NCBI RefSeq assembly: GCF_000150275.1
Contig: NW_002060950.1
Coordinates: 1,290,106-1,354,105 of the forward strand
Direction: 5' to 3'
Length of the DNA: 64,000 nt
Origin: Trichoplax adhaerens
Lineage: Eukaryota > Animalia > Placozoa
Position 1 is the stretch's first letter. Each line of letters opens with the position of its first letter. The position numbers and the translations under genes were made by a program. The notes below the pieces were generated by a model. It worked only from the letters and a program-made list of their open reading frames with translations. It had not been told where the DNA came from and did not search any database. Below are positions 1-12,571 of this stretch, one piece after another.

Positions 1-3000
1 ATATTAACTATTTCTATAAACTAGTACTGGTAAATGGATCTGATTCGTCGCCTCTAGCCTAATAATAACTGTCCTGTTCATTACTAATACAGTTATTGTC
101 TTTTTTTCTTATCTAATACATACATTAATTCTGATAAATACATCATGCAGGTTTGAGTATTATTGTTGCTAATAAAGAGATAGTATTAGCTGGTTAAATC
201 GATTCCTGCTGATCTTTACACACGGATTGCGCAATGTTAATAAATTTGCTTCGCTAATCAATATCACAACAATAATGTCCTGATGGAAAAAATATTATGC
301 AATGTTTTTAATACAATAAATGAAACACTTACTCTGATATCTTGTATGAAATCAACAAATTTAGCCATTTCCACTTCTACTAGCCGCTGATTGCAATCAT
401 GAAATGAAAGAACAAAGTGGAAGAAATTGCTTTTACGCAAATTAGATGGAGGCTGTTTCTCAAAATGAATCTTCACCAAACTAAGCATTGTAAAAAAATT
501 TTTCATCAATATAAACATTTGCCCATCCTACCTATTCTTATACCTATATATTTAATATGAATTATCTTAAAATGAAAGACAGGTAAAAAATTAAAACAAT
601 CACGAAGACGAAACTGCTAAGGAAATACTGCTTTGAATGCGGCATGATTACAAACTTAATGATTTAATCAACACATAGCTTCATAGAATATTTTTTTTTC
701 GATAAATCTAAAAATGCTCAATCTGATCGACTTCAGCGACAGATTGCGTATAAATTGAAAAGTAATGATAATTGTTAAGCTTTGATAGTACATAAGAGAA
801 CACGAAAGATTTAGTAAGTGAATCGCAGATTATGGACCTCAACAGTGTGCGCAATTATCTGACTGCATTAACAAAATCCCTAAAGGCTAAGTAGACAACA
901 AACAGATGTAGAGATAGAGTAGGGAACACCTTCATTTAAGATTTAGCTCAATGCTTGTCTTAAGTCTTAAGGGAAAAAACGGTGTTAAAACGACAGAATT
1001 TGATTGCATCAAGTGTATATTGATAACTCTCGGTGGACATTTTCAAAGCAAACTAAGCCATGCTAATAATACATATTTAATTTCATTCAAACGATAAATC
1101 AGCTATCTCTATAAATACAAAAATTGGACGAATAAGGGAAAAAGTGCAAGCTAGAATTTTTTTAAACAGCGCTACGAACTATATGTACTCATACAAGCTT
1201 CGCTTCATTGCTAATCAGAAAACATGCTATAAATGTGTGCAAGCAATCTGTAAATGTTGAGCAATTCTCACCTCTCCAAAGGCAAATCCATAACGGAGTG
1301 ATCATTTCGGAGCATAGCCAAATGGGGTGATGTTGCTTCCGATGAAGAAGTTTTTCTGACGCAATTCGTCGACATAGTTAATTATTTTGTCTTGCAGACC
1401 CGTGTACCACAGTCAGAAGCGATCTCTGAATGATAAATCGCTACTTTATTTTTGATAATTTTATAGGTTATGGAATGCTAACTCTATTGAAATTTGATTT
1501 AATTGTGTTCAACCTTGATATTATGTGTCAATGAATAAACTTTGCTGCCGGCTATGCTTGAAATCTCAAGAGACCTCCACAATTATCTCAATCAGAGGAG
1601 GGGAAATGCTAAGAAAACCTAGATTGTTTTCCTATGAAGCTTAGGTCTAGCCATATCCAAAAACATGTACTAGCCGCGATGTTGGTTTCTATTATATCCA
1701 TCTAGTCATTCTACAGGTTACCTACGGGTATATTGTTATACGACGACTAGTCTGTCAATGACTAGCTTATAATGTCTATTACACTCCACATGACAATGCA
1801 CAGAAATAATGCTGCAGCAGGAAAGCAGACCGAATCGCTGACCACTGAGCTCTATTCAATCAATTGTATTCCTTCTGTTTTGTCTTTACAATTCAGCTTG
1901 TCTATGCATTACAAAAAGATCCCTCATTATTATTATTATCGTCTATAAGTCCGTCGAGCTAGTAATAAAACGTCATTTAGAAATCAATAATGTTTATACT
2001 CTGTATATCACATGTTTACTACTTTGTATTAGTACCGTAGTTAATTGTGTAATTTATCGTGCTATGCATACATTGAGTGACTTGTTGCATGAACTCTAAT
2101 CAACTGCTATGTTTTTCCCAAAAGCCAAGAATTATTTTCCGAAAATTACTACGATTTTAAGCGGGTTTTAGCTGAAAGAGGTTTAAATTACCTACAGTCG
2201 TTACCCATCTGGCGAAATATATATCATCGCATTACCGCTATAATAAATAATTATATTGAAGGAATTTTGTATCATCCAACTAAATACATCTAGCCTATCT
2301 ATCAGTACAGACGAGGTCATAAACTAAATGAACTTGATGTTACATTATTTTTTAGATCGATTTAGCTCAATGACTAATCTTAAATATTAAACTGTATTAG
2401 TTTATTCTAAACGAGCATTTTAGAAATAAGTTTTATCCACTTTTAATCTCATTTGAGGATAAAGTATTTTAATATAGTTGTTAATAATAACCGCACATGT
2501 TTAAAGGGTACCACACATTTCTACATTGAAATACATTTGCTATAGTTATGGTAATATAATAATTCAATAGAAATTACAGTTAATTAATTAATTAATTAAT
2601 GGACTAATAACGTATTAATACAGGTGGACTTGTATCGGTAATCGTCAAATTGATTTTACGATAGAAACAGGTGCAGTATTAGATGTAAGCTAAATCTGGA
2701 AAAGGTAAGTTCTCGTTTAGTATGATACTACCGCAACGGATCAGGATATGTAAAGCAGGATATAATACACTACAATAACATACCATAAATTATTGTAAAT
2801 TGTTTCGCCTGTTTATCCCCTAAATTGTTATGCAACAATTTTCTTGCTAATTACAATATACTAGCGTTACCCTATAATTCTAAATATTTAGACTCTAAAA
2901 CTTATAAATATAATATTATTTTTAGCGTCGCTATTTAATTTGCTAAGTATATTTTAATATTACTGTAATATCTGATCGCATCCTAGTGCTCACACTACAA

Positions 3001-6000
3001 TAATTATTAGGCAACTTTAACTTTGCTTTAAATAAAAATAATGCAAGCTTTAATTGAAATACAGCATGCAAAATTTGTTTGAAAATTACTGGGTTTATCT
3101 TTAGGTATCAGTTAGATAATCTATCAAGCACTTTACGTTAATTTCGTAAGAGTAAATTGAATTTTTATTTTCGGGGGATGCATTTGAACTCAGTTTGTAT
3201 TAAATCAGACACTAGTCTAAACATATAGAGCATTGCACGTGTCATCAGAATTACGTTGAGAACAGGATCGTAATTGCTAACGCATTCACGCGATACGTTT
3301 TAATAAATTTGGCTAGATTTACATTTTCTTGCAAGAATCTTGGTTCTCTATAGCAACGACTAATAAGCAGATCGATTTAACCCAGATCACTTCAATAATC
3401 GTTTGAAGATTGTCTCACATTTAAATGAAAGTATTCCATAGCCAAAGTTACAAATTTAAACACTTCAGGGAGTTAAATTTATGATTTCTAGTCACCTATT
3501 ATAGAGATAAAAGCATTCGCTAGATATTGCTCATGCCAGATTAAAACAATATTAAAGAACTTGTTTATCCAATTATGCTCCACTCCTAAACGAGAAAAAT
3601 AAATACAGTACATGAGCATTGGGAAATTATCGCAAGGGGAAAATTGGTTTGTTAAGCTAATCTGTTATATTTATTCCTTACGGACTCATTCTCGGATTGC
3701 ATTGATACATCATCGACAATAACCAATTAATCGGTTACTCGTAGTACGCCCTTTAAATTATTGTTACGAGTCGAAAAAATAATGGAATATTACAATTACA
3801 CTTGACCTTGCTAGAGAAAGCTTATATATTTATTTTCAATTGTTATTCGAGCTGGTAACCATGACTCGATTTAAGTCATGGCAATTTCAATCACGTATTC
3901 CCTAGTTGATTTCGTGGATGGAAGTAATGTACACATTACAATAATGCACGCATAAATAATTTCGTTGGCTGAAGTCGACTTATTCAGTATGGAAAGTAAT
4001 TATACTGTGTGAGATCATTTTTCATCCTGACAGTAATAAAAATTAATGCCATTTTGCGATTTTAATTGCAATAATTTAGCCCAGATAGCGGATTGCGCAA
4101 GATTACTCGGCAAAAAAAATAAAAACAGATGATGAAAATTGATTATAATTGGCAACAGGTTCTACTGTAATGTATTGATTGTAATTTATTTGATCACTTG
4201 GGGCATGCCCGTAGGTATAGTATACAGAGACGGTACTGTTTTCAACGCGTATAATGTCATGCAGATGTAATACCTTTCTTAAAGTTCTTTATTTCAATGC
4301 TAAGAACATTAGAATCTCCCAAAGGTAATATAGGCATTGTCAAATTAAGATGACTTCAGGCACTAGAATAACAATACGATAACAGTGTCTGCAAGATATG
4401 GACAAGTCCTCCCTTTTATGATCACAATTACTTCTAGTTTCATCATCTTATAGCAAATTTCTTTAGCAGTAATTGTTTTATGCGGAAATTTTCTGCGGAT
4501 CCAGGAAAGTAGGGGAATTTATTGATTCTCTCAAACTATACACAGATCAGCTGTTCTAAGTGTAGATATGCTCTACGTTCTTATAAATTATAAGCGAACT
4601 TAAATATGGGCCAGTGCAATTTTCAGAGTTCACAAATAACTACGTCAGCAAAGTAATGGGCGTTCCCTGCAACGATAGCCAATATTATAAAGTTGAACAC
4701 CTACCTGTTCACTTGTTGACTGACCTACATGTATTTAGTACACGATAGTTTTAGAACAAATAAAGAAAATTGATTCAGTTTTTGATCAAACATCTATCAT
4801 ACAAGAATTTCGTATTTACATACTCTAAACGCATTGGTAGCCGATAGCGATTGCACACACTGCAAACATTTCAATTAATGTCAATTAAACAGGTGCGCCA
4901 TGCAATAATTTTTAAATCTTGAGAATTTTTTAGATATCATTAGAGATACTTTTCTGTTTGGAATAGAACTTTTCTATAAGATTATTAATAGTGTAGATTG
5001 AATGCAATATTAGTAATCCCAAGGCTATTTTTAATTTAAATTTTTTGTCTCATTCATGACTATTAATCTCTAATTTTTGATACTCGTTTCCACTTTATGA
5101 ATATGACTTACCGTTCTGCCAAAATATTCGTGTTTAAAATAATATTCGTGGGAACAGGAAACATAAAACAATAAACAACATGGGCATAGTGTTATATCAA
5201 ATTGAATCACGACAATGTATTAACAGTTCAGTTAAATAAACTATATTAATTGCAAAATAATAAGACCATTATTATTCAGATCCAGTATACAGGTACAATT
5301 GTATATTGTTACTATTAGTTATTGCACATTGAAATTTGTAGACGTAAGGGTACACTACATGAGTGGCTTTTAAATACTGTTGCAAATTCTGCTGATAATG
5401 ATGCAGGAACGCAGAGTTAAATGAAAAAAAAAAAATTGAATTCCGGCATTTATACTTTAGGGATTAATTGGACGATAATTTAGTTTAGTTATTTAATTAT
5501 ATCGATCGGAAATACAATACTGCATTGGAGTTATGAGTATTTAATTTGTTTTGAATGTCCGATGTGATATCTTTTTCTCTTATTCGTTTTTATTGCTTAT
5601 AACCTATTCGAAACACGCATTTCTATGCTTAGATTATACAATAATCCTGCTTCTGTAGTGCAATATTTCTGAAATATCTATCAAACAGATTATAGAAAAA
5701 AAAAAAGAACCTAAACGTGTAGTAACATAGCATAATAAGCAAAGTGCGTAATGTAATTAAGTAAACACTATTTTCTTGCGTTTATTGAGATTCTATATAC
5801 GTCTGTCGAGGTATTTAAAATGTAACGCCTACAACACCAATGACAACTACTATAGCGATACTACCCTATATTGTGATGTGCTTTACGATAAAGTCCTAGA
5901 AAGCAGTGTTCTCGCCGATATAATGGTTGTAGCAACCATAAATACACTGTAAGCTTTGACCATATGGTGGTATAATCAAGCTAATGCGGGGATATTTAGG

Positions 6001-6417
6001 AGGTTACTAGGCTAAAATCATCGCTAAATAGTTTTTTACTGTATCATGTGATTATTTCATGTACTCTGAAAAGTATTTTAACCTAATGTATAGGACTATT
6101 GCTCGGCATTAGGTGAGTCCGTGAATTCTAAACTAATTATGATGCATCTACAATAATAAAAATTTTTGATTATAAATTTCTCATATTAGTACAGTACTTC
6201 ATTACATATGAGGCGAAATAAAATTGGATTGTTTCAGCCTTCCTTTTGAAAGACGATTACAGAACGCCTTAGTAGGCCCTATAGCAATAGTAAAGCAGTG
6301 TACAGTTTATAACACAACCCTGCTACATAGAAATTTCTCTGAGCAGAGTTGTCATGCAAGTTCGACCTAATGCGGTTCACTATTTAATCCATTAGCATGC
6401 AATACTCTTTACGCCTA

Positions 6418-6725
6418 TGAGTCATAAATCGTCATGCCGGGTAGAATGATGCATACATGATGGACAGTCAATGAAGAATTTTATTACAATAAAAATTAGT
6501 GGCCGTGTAGTGAAGAAAGAAGAAAAATGATAGAGGTAAATCGTGATTTAGTGAGTCACGGATGGAATAATTACAGAATATATTGGCATAATGTCGATGG
6601 ATTACTCATGGATGATTTAGTCATCCATGACTAATCTCGATGTTTGCATGATAATAACCGTTCCATAAATTTATATAATATGGTCATTACGTCACGCGCA
6701 ACAGGTACTACTGTATTATGACTAA
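6418..6725. promoter_or_regulatory. Cluster of AP-1/CRE-type bZIP sites upstream of RPIA
   Basis: TGAGTCA at 6418 and 6552, TTACTCA 6602, TTAGTCA 6617, TGACTAA 6628 and 6719, TTACGTCA 6687. Function is inferred. Confidence 0.45.
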
Positions 6726-6812
6726 TTTTCATCATATTGTTATTATCGATAGAACAACAACTTAGATCTCTGCATGTATTTCATATTTTCCGTATCCTCT
6801 AGTCCTATACCT

Positions 6813-7110
6813 AGTTTGCAAAGCACCCTAAAGCCCTGATTATCTGATTTTATTATTAGTTTATTATGATCAACAATTAAAATATCAATTAGCTTTCAAG
6901 ACATCGTAGTGAACTGATTGATGGACTACTGAATATTCCTCTGGGAGCAATTCGAGTCCGTGACTGGTCCTAAACTGTACGCATGAATATTGAATAATGT
7001 AGTCTCGCACAGTTTGCAAAGCAGCTTGAAGCACCGATTATTCGATCTTATTGTTTGTTCCATTGATTATTGTAATATCAATAGCCTTCAAGACATCATA
7101 ATTAAATAGT
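6813..7110. repeat. Diverged direct duplication (~100 bp, ~200 bp apart)
   Basis: GTTTGCAAAGCA...AATATCAAT(T)AGC(T/C)TTCAAGACATC at ~6814 and ~7012. Confidence 0.6.
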
Positions 7111-7812
7111 TGTAACCCACAGGGCTATTTTCTACTTGCTTACTCCTTACAGCTATTATTGCTGCAGTTGACTTTTTATTATTTATTTACATGGCTGCAT
7201 GCTCCGAGCAATGCTTGAGGCTGTTTGCTTGTACGCATGCGTGTAATACAAGTCTAACGGAGGTAGCGACCATTCATGCTACACATTGCTAGGGAAGTAC
7301 TTACGTCTTGGCTATTTAAAGCATTTTGTAAGTAGATATAGGTTAAAATGAACTAATAGACTCATTAAGTCATAGTATCGATTGCTTAAGCTGATAAAGG
7401 TTTTACAATACGATGAGATTTGATGTAGAGATGTTTTATGGTAGTATTAAAAGGAAGGATGATGATAAAAATGAGCTAATGTGTAATGATGGTAAAGATG
7501 AGCTGATGTATTTGCAGCCTATGCCATGCAATTCGTATACATTGCACATCCAGATCACATACTATCTACAACAAGAAGTATGACTACAATTGATCGATAG
7601 CATACAGTATAACAAATTGATTTATATATTGCACAGTACTGTACTTTATACTGTACAATTGACATTGCTGACAATTCTGAACTTAACCACTTGGTCAATG
7701 TGCGAAGCTAAACATCATTTCGTATACTGTAACCAATAGACGTGTACTCATTTTGTAGCATTTTCAAGGCCCCAGTACATTATACAAATCTTGGACATTA
7801 ATTTGAGTTGAA

Positions 7813-9806
7813 ATGTCTACCAGTTTAATCGAAGCTGCAAAGAGAGCTGCAGCTATAGCTGCGGTTAATGCCCATGTTAAAGTAAGTGATGACATTAATT
7901 AACTTTGCATATCGTAAAAATTGTACCAGCAAATATTGTCAACGGATGACTTGCAGCGACAGTGGTTGCATTGGATAACACAATATCAAATTCTTGTAAT
8001 GTCTTCAAAGAATAATCAGGTTGTCGGTATTGGAAGTGGCTCCACAATTGTATATGCTGTACGTCGATTAGGTATGCAACTACTATGTTTGTAATGAATG
8101 GAATACGATGTTACAAATTACTGTAATACATTGAAAATGAGTTTTAGCTCATATATTGCATCTTAATGAAAGATATACAATAGCTAGGAATCATTTACTT
8201 TAATTATGCAGTAAATAACACCAGTTAACATTGCAATTCCTATAACCGCAAATAATATGCCTTGTTTGTGCACTCAATAGCTGAGCGAATGACTGATGAA
8301 AACTTGCAAATTGTCTGCATCCCTACGTCCTTTCAGGTTAAGCTAGCAAGATCTTTACAATATTTACCATACATACTTTTTGAACAACATTGTTGCAGCA
8401 GCAAGACGTCAAAATTTTTTAGGAGTTGCAAACATTATCTAACATTTTAAGTGATTTGACGTTATTATTTTCCACAGGCCCGGCAGTTAATTATAGAAAA
8501 TAAGCTGACTTTAAGTGATCTGGAAAGACACCCTCAAGTAAGCTACTTGATCTACTATATACTGATTGTATTGGTAATAAAGACGAAAAAATTTTCACTC
8601 TATTCCATATCACTTACAATAATCGAGAAACTCTTTCGTTTAAAAAGCTTGATGTAGCTATCGATGGAGCTGATGAGGTCGATGATTACCTAAATTGTAT
8701 AAAGGGTGGCGGGTAAGAAATGGAACTATAACCAAGTCTGTAAATAACAGATGTATAAATTTACTCATATACTGTAATCTTATCATCGATACTTAATTAC
8801 GGTACACTGTAATATGAAATGTTATGATACACCTATGGCTTCAAAACTTTTGGTTTATTTTATCTCTATCTTTTCTAGGGGATGCCACACACTAGAAAAG
8901 ATTATAGCATCATCTGCGAAGAAATTTATCGTGATAGCAGATTACCGGTAAGCATGCGTAATCCAGTAATGGACCTTTTTCGTTTTTAGCAACTAAAGTT
9001 TGATGAAAATTTGCTATGAAGTAACTATTTGCATTTTACGTATACTTACTCTACTAGTAAAGATTCAAAGACCCTTGGAGAGAAAGTACTGGTGATATAA
9101 TGCATTTCGTAAATGTTGCAACTGCTTTATAGCTCATGTTCTCTTTCTCCGAATTTGTTTCGGTTAGTGGACTAAAGGCATTCCAGTTGAGGTACTACCG
9201 TTTGCTTATGCGACAGTTAAAGCAAAAATTCATAAATTTGGTGGAACGCCCGTACTACGAATGGCGATTAATAAAGCAGTAATGCAATCTACAATTTCTG
9301 AAATTTTAGTATAATCTTAGTATTACGACCGAAACAATGTTTAATCCTTAGCTATAACTAATTGATACTGATATAATTCTGATTAATGTATAGGGACCAG
9401 TCGTAACTGATAGTGGAAATTTTATCTTAGATGTCACCTTTAATTCTGTGAGTGCAGTTTACAGCGTATAAAACCCTTAAATATTATTGCTTTTATAGCC
9501 AGTTTCTGGCCGAAACAGTACGTATTTTGGTCAAATTTTCATTTTGTACTTTTATTGTATTGTGTTATTATAGGCTATGGACTGGTCCAAGACAAATCAA
9601 GATTTAACCATGATACCTGGTATACTCTCACTTTATTTTATTTAATGAATAGCGTAGGTCCTTTAATATTGTCCCATGAGCTAATCTTATTACGATTATT
9701 ACTAATAACAGGAGTTGTCGATACCGGACTATTTGTCGGAATGGCCGAAAAGGCCTACTTTGGTATGGAAGATGGTAATGTAAAATCTAGAGATCGGCCA
9801 ACTTAA
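7813..9806 (+). CDS. RPIA: Ribose-5-phosphate isomerase A, 11 coding exons (~237 aa)
   Basis: Hand-spliced exons 7813-7881, 8011-8071, 8281-8336, 8478-8537, 8648-8712, 8879-8947, 9058-9085, 9168-9278, 9394-9447, 9574-9619, 9712-9806. All introns are GT..AG with consistent phases; total 714 nt. Contains RpiA motifs [36 protein letters not shown], GPVVTDxGNFILD and PGVVDTGLF. Confidence 0.96.
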
Positions 9807-11471
9807 AATGGATCTATCCACTTTGTTATATAATTAAATCTGATTGTGCTTGTAATGTACAACATAATAAAACTAATATACTGGTATCATGAAAAACTGT
9901 AATTACCGTTTGCCGAATTACAGTTTCCACGATTGTTGAGAATATGTATGCAGTATTTATAGGATCATCTGATACTATTGTGATTTTTTTTCATAACTCA
10001 AGCTTATTTACTTCCGCCTGAGATGGATCTGCCAGTATTCTCGACAATATACACTATTTCATATAGGGTTGATTAAAACATTTTACTTTTACTTTTCTCC
10101 ATTCGTAACACAATAGAATCTAGAATCTAGATTGGCTTTTGTAATAAAGTGATATAACAAAATGATTCGGATGCACGTACTATGTGAATTTGACTTAGAA
10201 CAGGTAAAGCTGTATAATGTGCACGTATTTCCATTACTTTAAGTCGACTTTGAGTCTTATCTCCAGTCAAAATATTTTTATCATCTGTATGGAAATGCTT
10301 CGCCAAATTCTTAAAATCGACGAGCATGACAATATGGCAATATACATTTTATGGTCAATCTATTTTTTGGAATGATTGTAAATTTGTTAGTGTTATCTTC
10401 CGAATAAGATTCCTGTATCGTTGCCGAACTTTTAACCTATCGACCGAAAAATCCACGTCATCTTCCGCTGTTCTTGGTCATCAATCATCTGTGCATTTAT
10501 CCATAAATTTGATACACTTTAACTTACGGAGCTATTTCATCAATAGCTAATCCATCGGTCTGTTAAAGTTGTACATATAAGTACCGTCATTTAATATTAC
10601 AGTACTATTGTCTATTTAGCAATGTTTAGTTTAAGTTTTATGTTTTGGTTCCATGTGCACTATTTCTGATGAAAAGTTTACGCTTTCTGATTCTTTTGAT
10701 ACCTGCAAGGTTGCAAGGATCGTACTGAGTTGTGTCTCCATCAATTGCATAAATGAATAATGATAGTATAAATATCAATAAAGTCTATTCTTAAGTAGTA
10801 GCATTACTTTCTTTATTTTCTCCACACTACCTGGTAATATTCCTATTTTAAATAACCTAAGCAATTGCTAGGGTACAGTATAATCATATAAAGGAAAACT
10901 TATTTCTATGTAATTTACTATTGTATTGATTGTGCTGATTTTAAACTTTTAAGCAGAATACATATGTATGCAGTACTGTGGTCTATTTTAATACCCGGTA
11001 CTGTTTTTCATCGTATAGTCCTTAATAACTCAGTTTTGCTCATTGTAAGATATTTTTTCTATAGTTTAGCTCAGACTGCGACATTAGTAGTTGAAAATGA
11101 AGTATTTTAACCCCCTTGATGATCTTACATACATCTATTCATCACTATCAAATAAATAGAAATACGCATATAATATAGCCTTCAATGAGTATTGTAAATG
11201 AATTTCCTTCAATGCGTCAAACATGCACTCACTGAAATATAGCCTCCACAGTTAATTTCAGGTAGAGCATAGAGCAAACGATTAAAAAACTACAATCTAA
11301 CTGCAAATAATAATTTGCAGTTGCCAATCATATTTATCATAGTTAATAGGTTGAAATGATCTTCTGTGTAGGTTATAAAATCCTACTAGTAACATATGTT
11401 CGATCGTTTCAGTTTCAACGTTAAGCTAAGCCGCATGCTCAATCTTATTTTTAAGAGTAGATCAAGACAAA

Positions 11472-12571
11472 ATGGCTTCCGAAAGCTTAGAGCTCTACAT
11501 AGCGGCTTTTAGCGTGTTTGTAGCACCAATTTTAGTCGTGATTTGCCTACGTTTGGCCAAATATCTAAAATTTTCCGATCAAAATGATAAAAATATAGTT
11601 CTGATTGGTTGTGATACGGATTGTGGTCAAGCATTACTGCAACAGCTACTGCAACACCGCGGCCATATATTCGCAACGTATAAAGATGAAGACAAAATGA
11701 AAGATTTATTACCTGATTCTCCTTCGAATATTACATTCATGAAATTAGATCCCAATGAAACAGATGAAATTGACAATACAATTAAAGCCATAACTAAAGA
11801 GCAAATGCAATATGGTAGTATTTGGACTCTCATTAATTTAACAGGTAATGGTATTTGCAATGCTGCAGCTGAATGGTGTCCAAAGGAAATTTACTTGAAC
11901 TCTGCGGATGATAACCTATGGGCATCTGTTGAGGTTATAAGAAGATTTTTGCCTGTTATTAAAGAATCTCGTGGAAGAATAATACAGTTAGGGTGTTCAT
12001 CGGCTACAACGATGAGTCGAAAAACCATAGCTTATTGTGTAGCCAAAGCATCATTAAGAGCCTTTATTGAGAGCTTAAGTATAGAGATGAAACGCTATAG
12101 CGTTTCGGTCCACTGGATAGAATTAAAATCATGCTATGAACAATACGAGGAAGAAACTAATGAAGCACGAATTGACCGATGCAAACAGCAATTCTGGAAT
12201 GAAATCAGTAGTCTAGCCAAATTAAAATTCAATCAGCAATTTTATGACACATGTAAGTTTACTCGGAAAGCCTAAAATTAATTTAAGTAATAAGAGCTAC
12301 TGTATTGTTTAGAAAATTACAATTTAGTGTACACCAATCCTTAGATGCTGGTCTAATTTGGAAGCAACTTAATCCTTCTTAATATAGTGTGGTAGACTTC
12401 TACCCGGGATCGTTTAAAATAAACTCTCAGTAATTTTTAAAATTATCCTTAGTTGTTACAGATTATTCTCGCAAAAATCAAGCATACTTCAAGAAGAATA
12501 TCCATAAAATCATGTGGGCAATAGAAAATGCAATTTTTAGCTTTAATCCCAGTGATGTATATACAGTTTAG
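11472..12571 (+). CDS. Short-chain dehydrogenase/reductase, SDR9C-like (RDH/HSD17B6/BDH1 type), membrane-anchored, 2 exons (~299 aa)
   Basis: Exon 1 11472-12252 (donor gtaagt at 12253). Exon 2 12453-12571 (acceptor ccttag) adds FVTDYSRKNQAYFKKNIHKIMWAIENAIFSFNPSDVYTV*, resembling the SDR9C C-terminus. N-terminal hydrophobic anchor; IGCDTDCG (cf. TGCDSGFG), IWTLINLTG (cf. LWGLVNNAG), FLPVIKESRGRII and catalytic YCVAK. Confidence 0.85.

Noticed and set aside
1-6400. Genes in the long AT-rich stretches (also 12600-23500, 40500-47700, 59200-61500)
   Set aside because: Only short ORFs without recognisable motifs. Small exons cannot be excluded by eye, but none could be supported.
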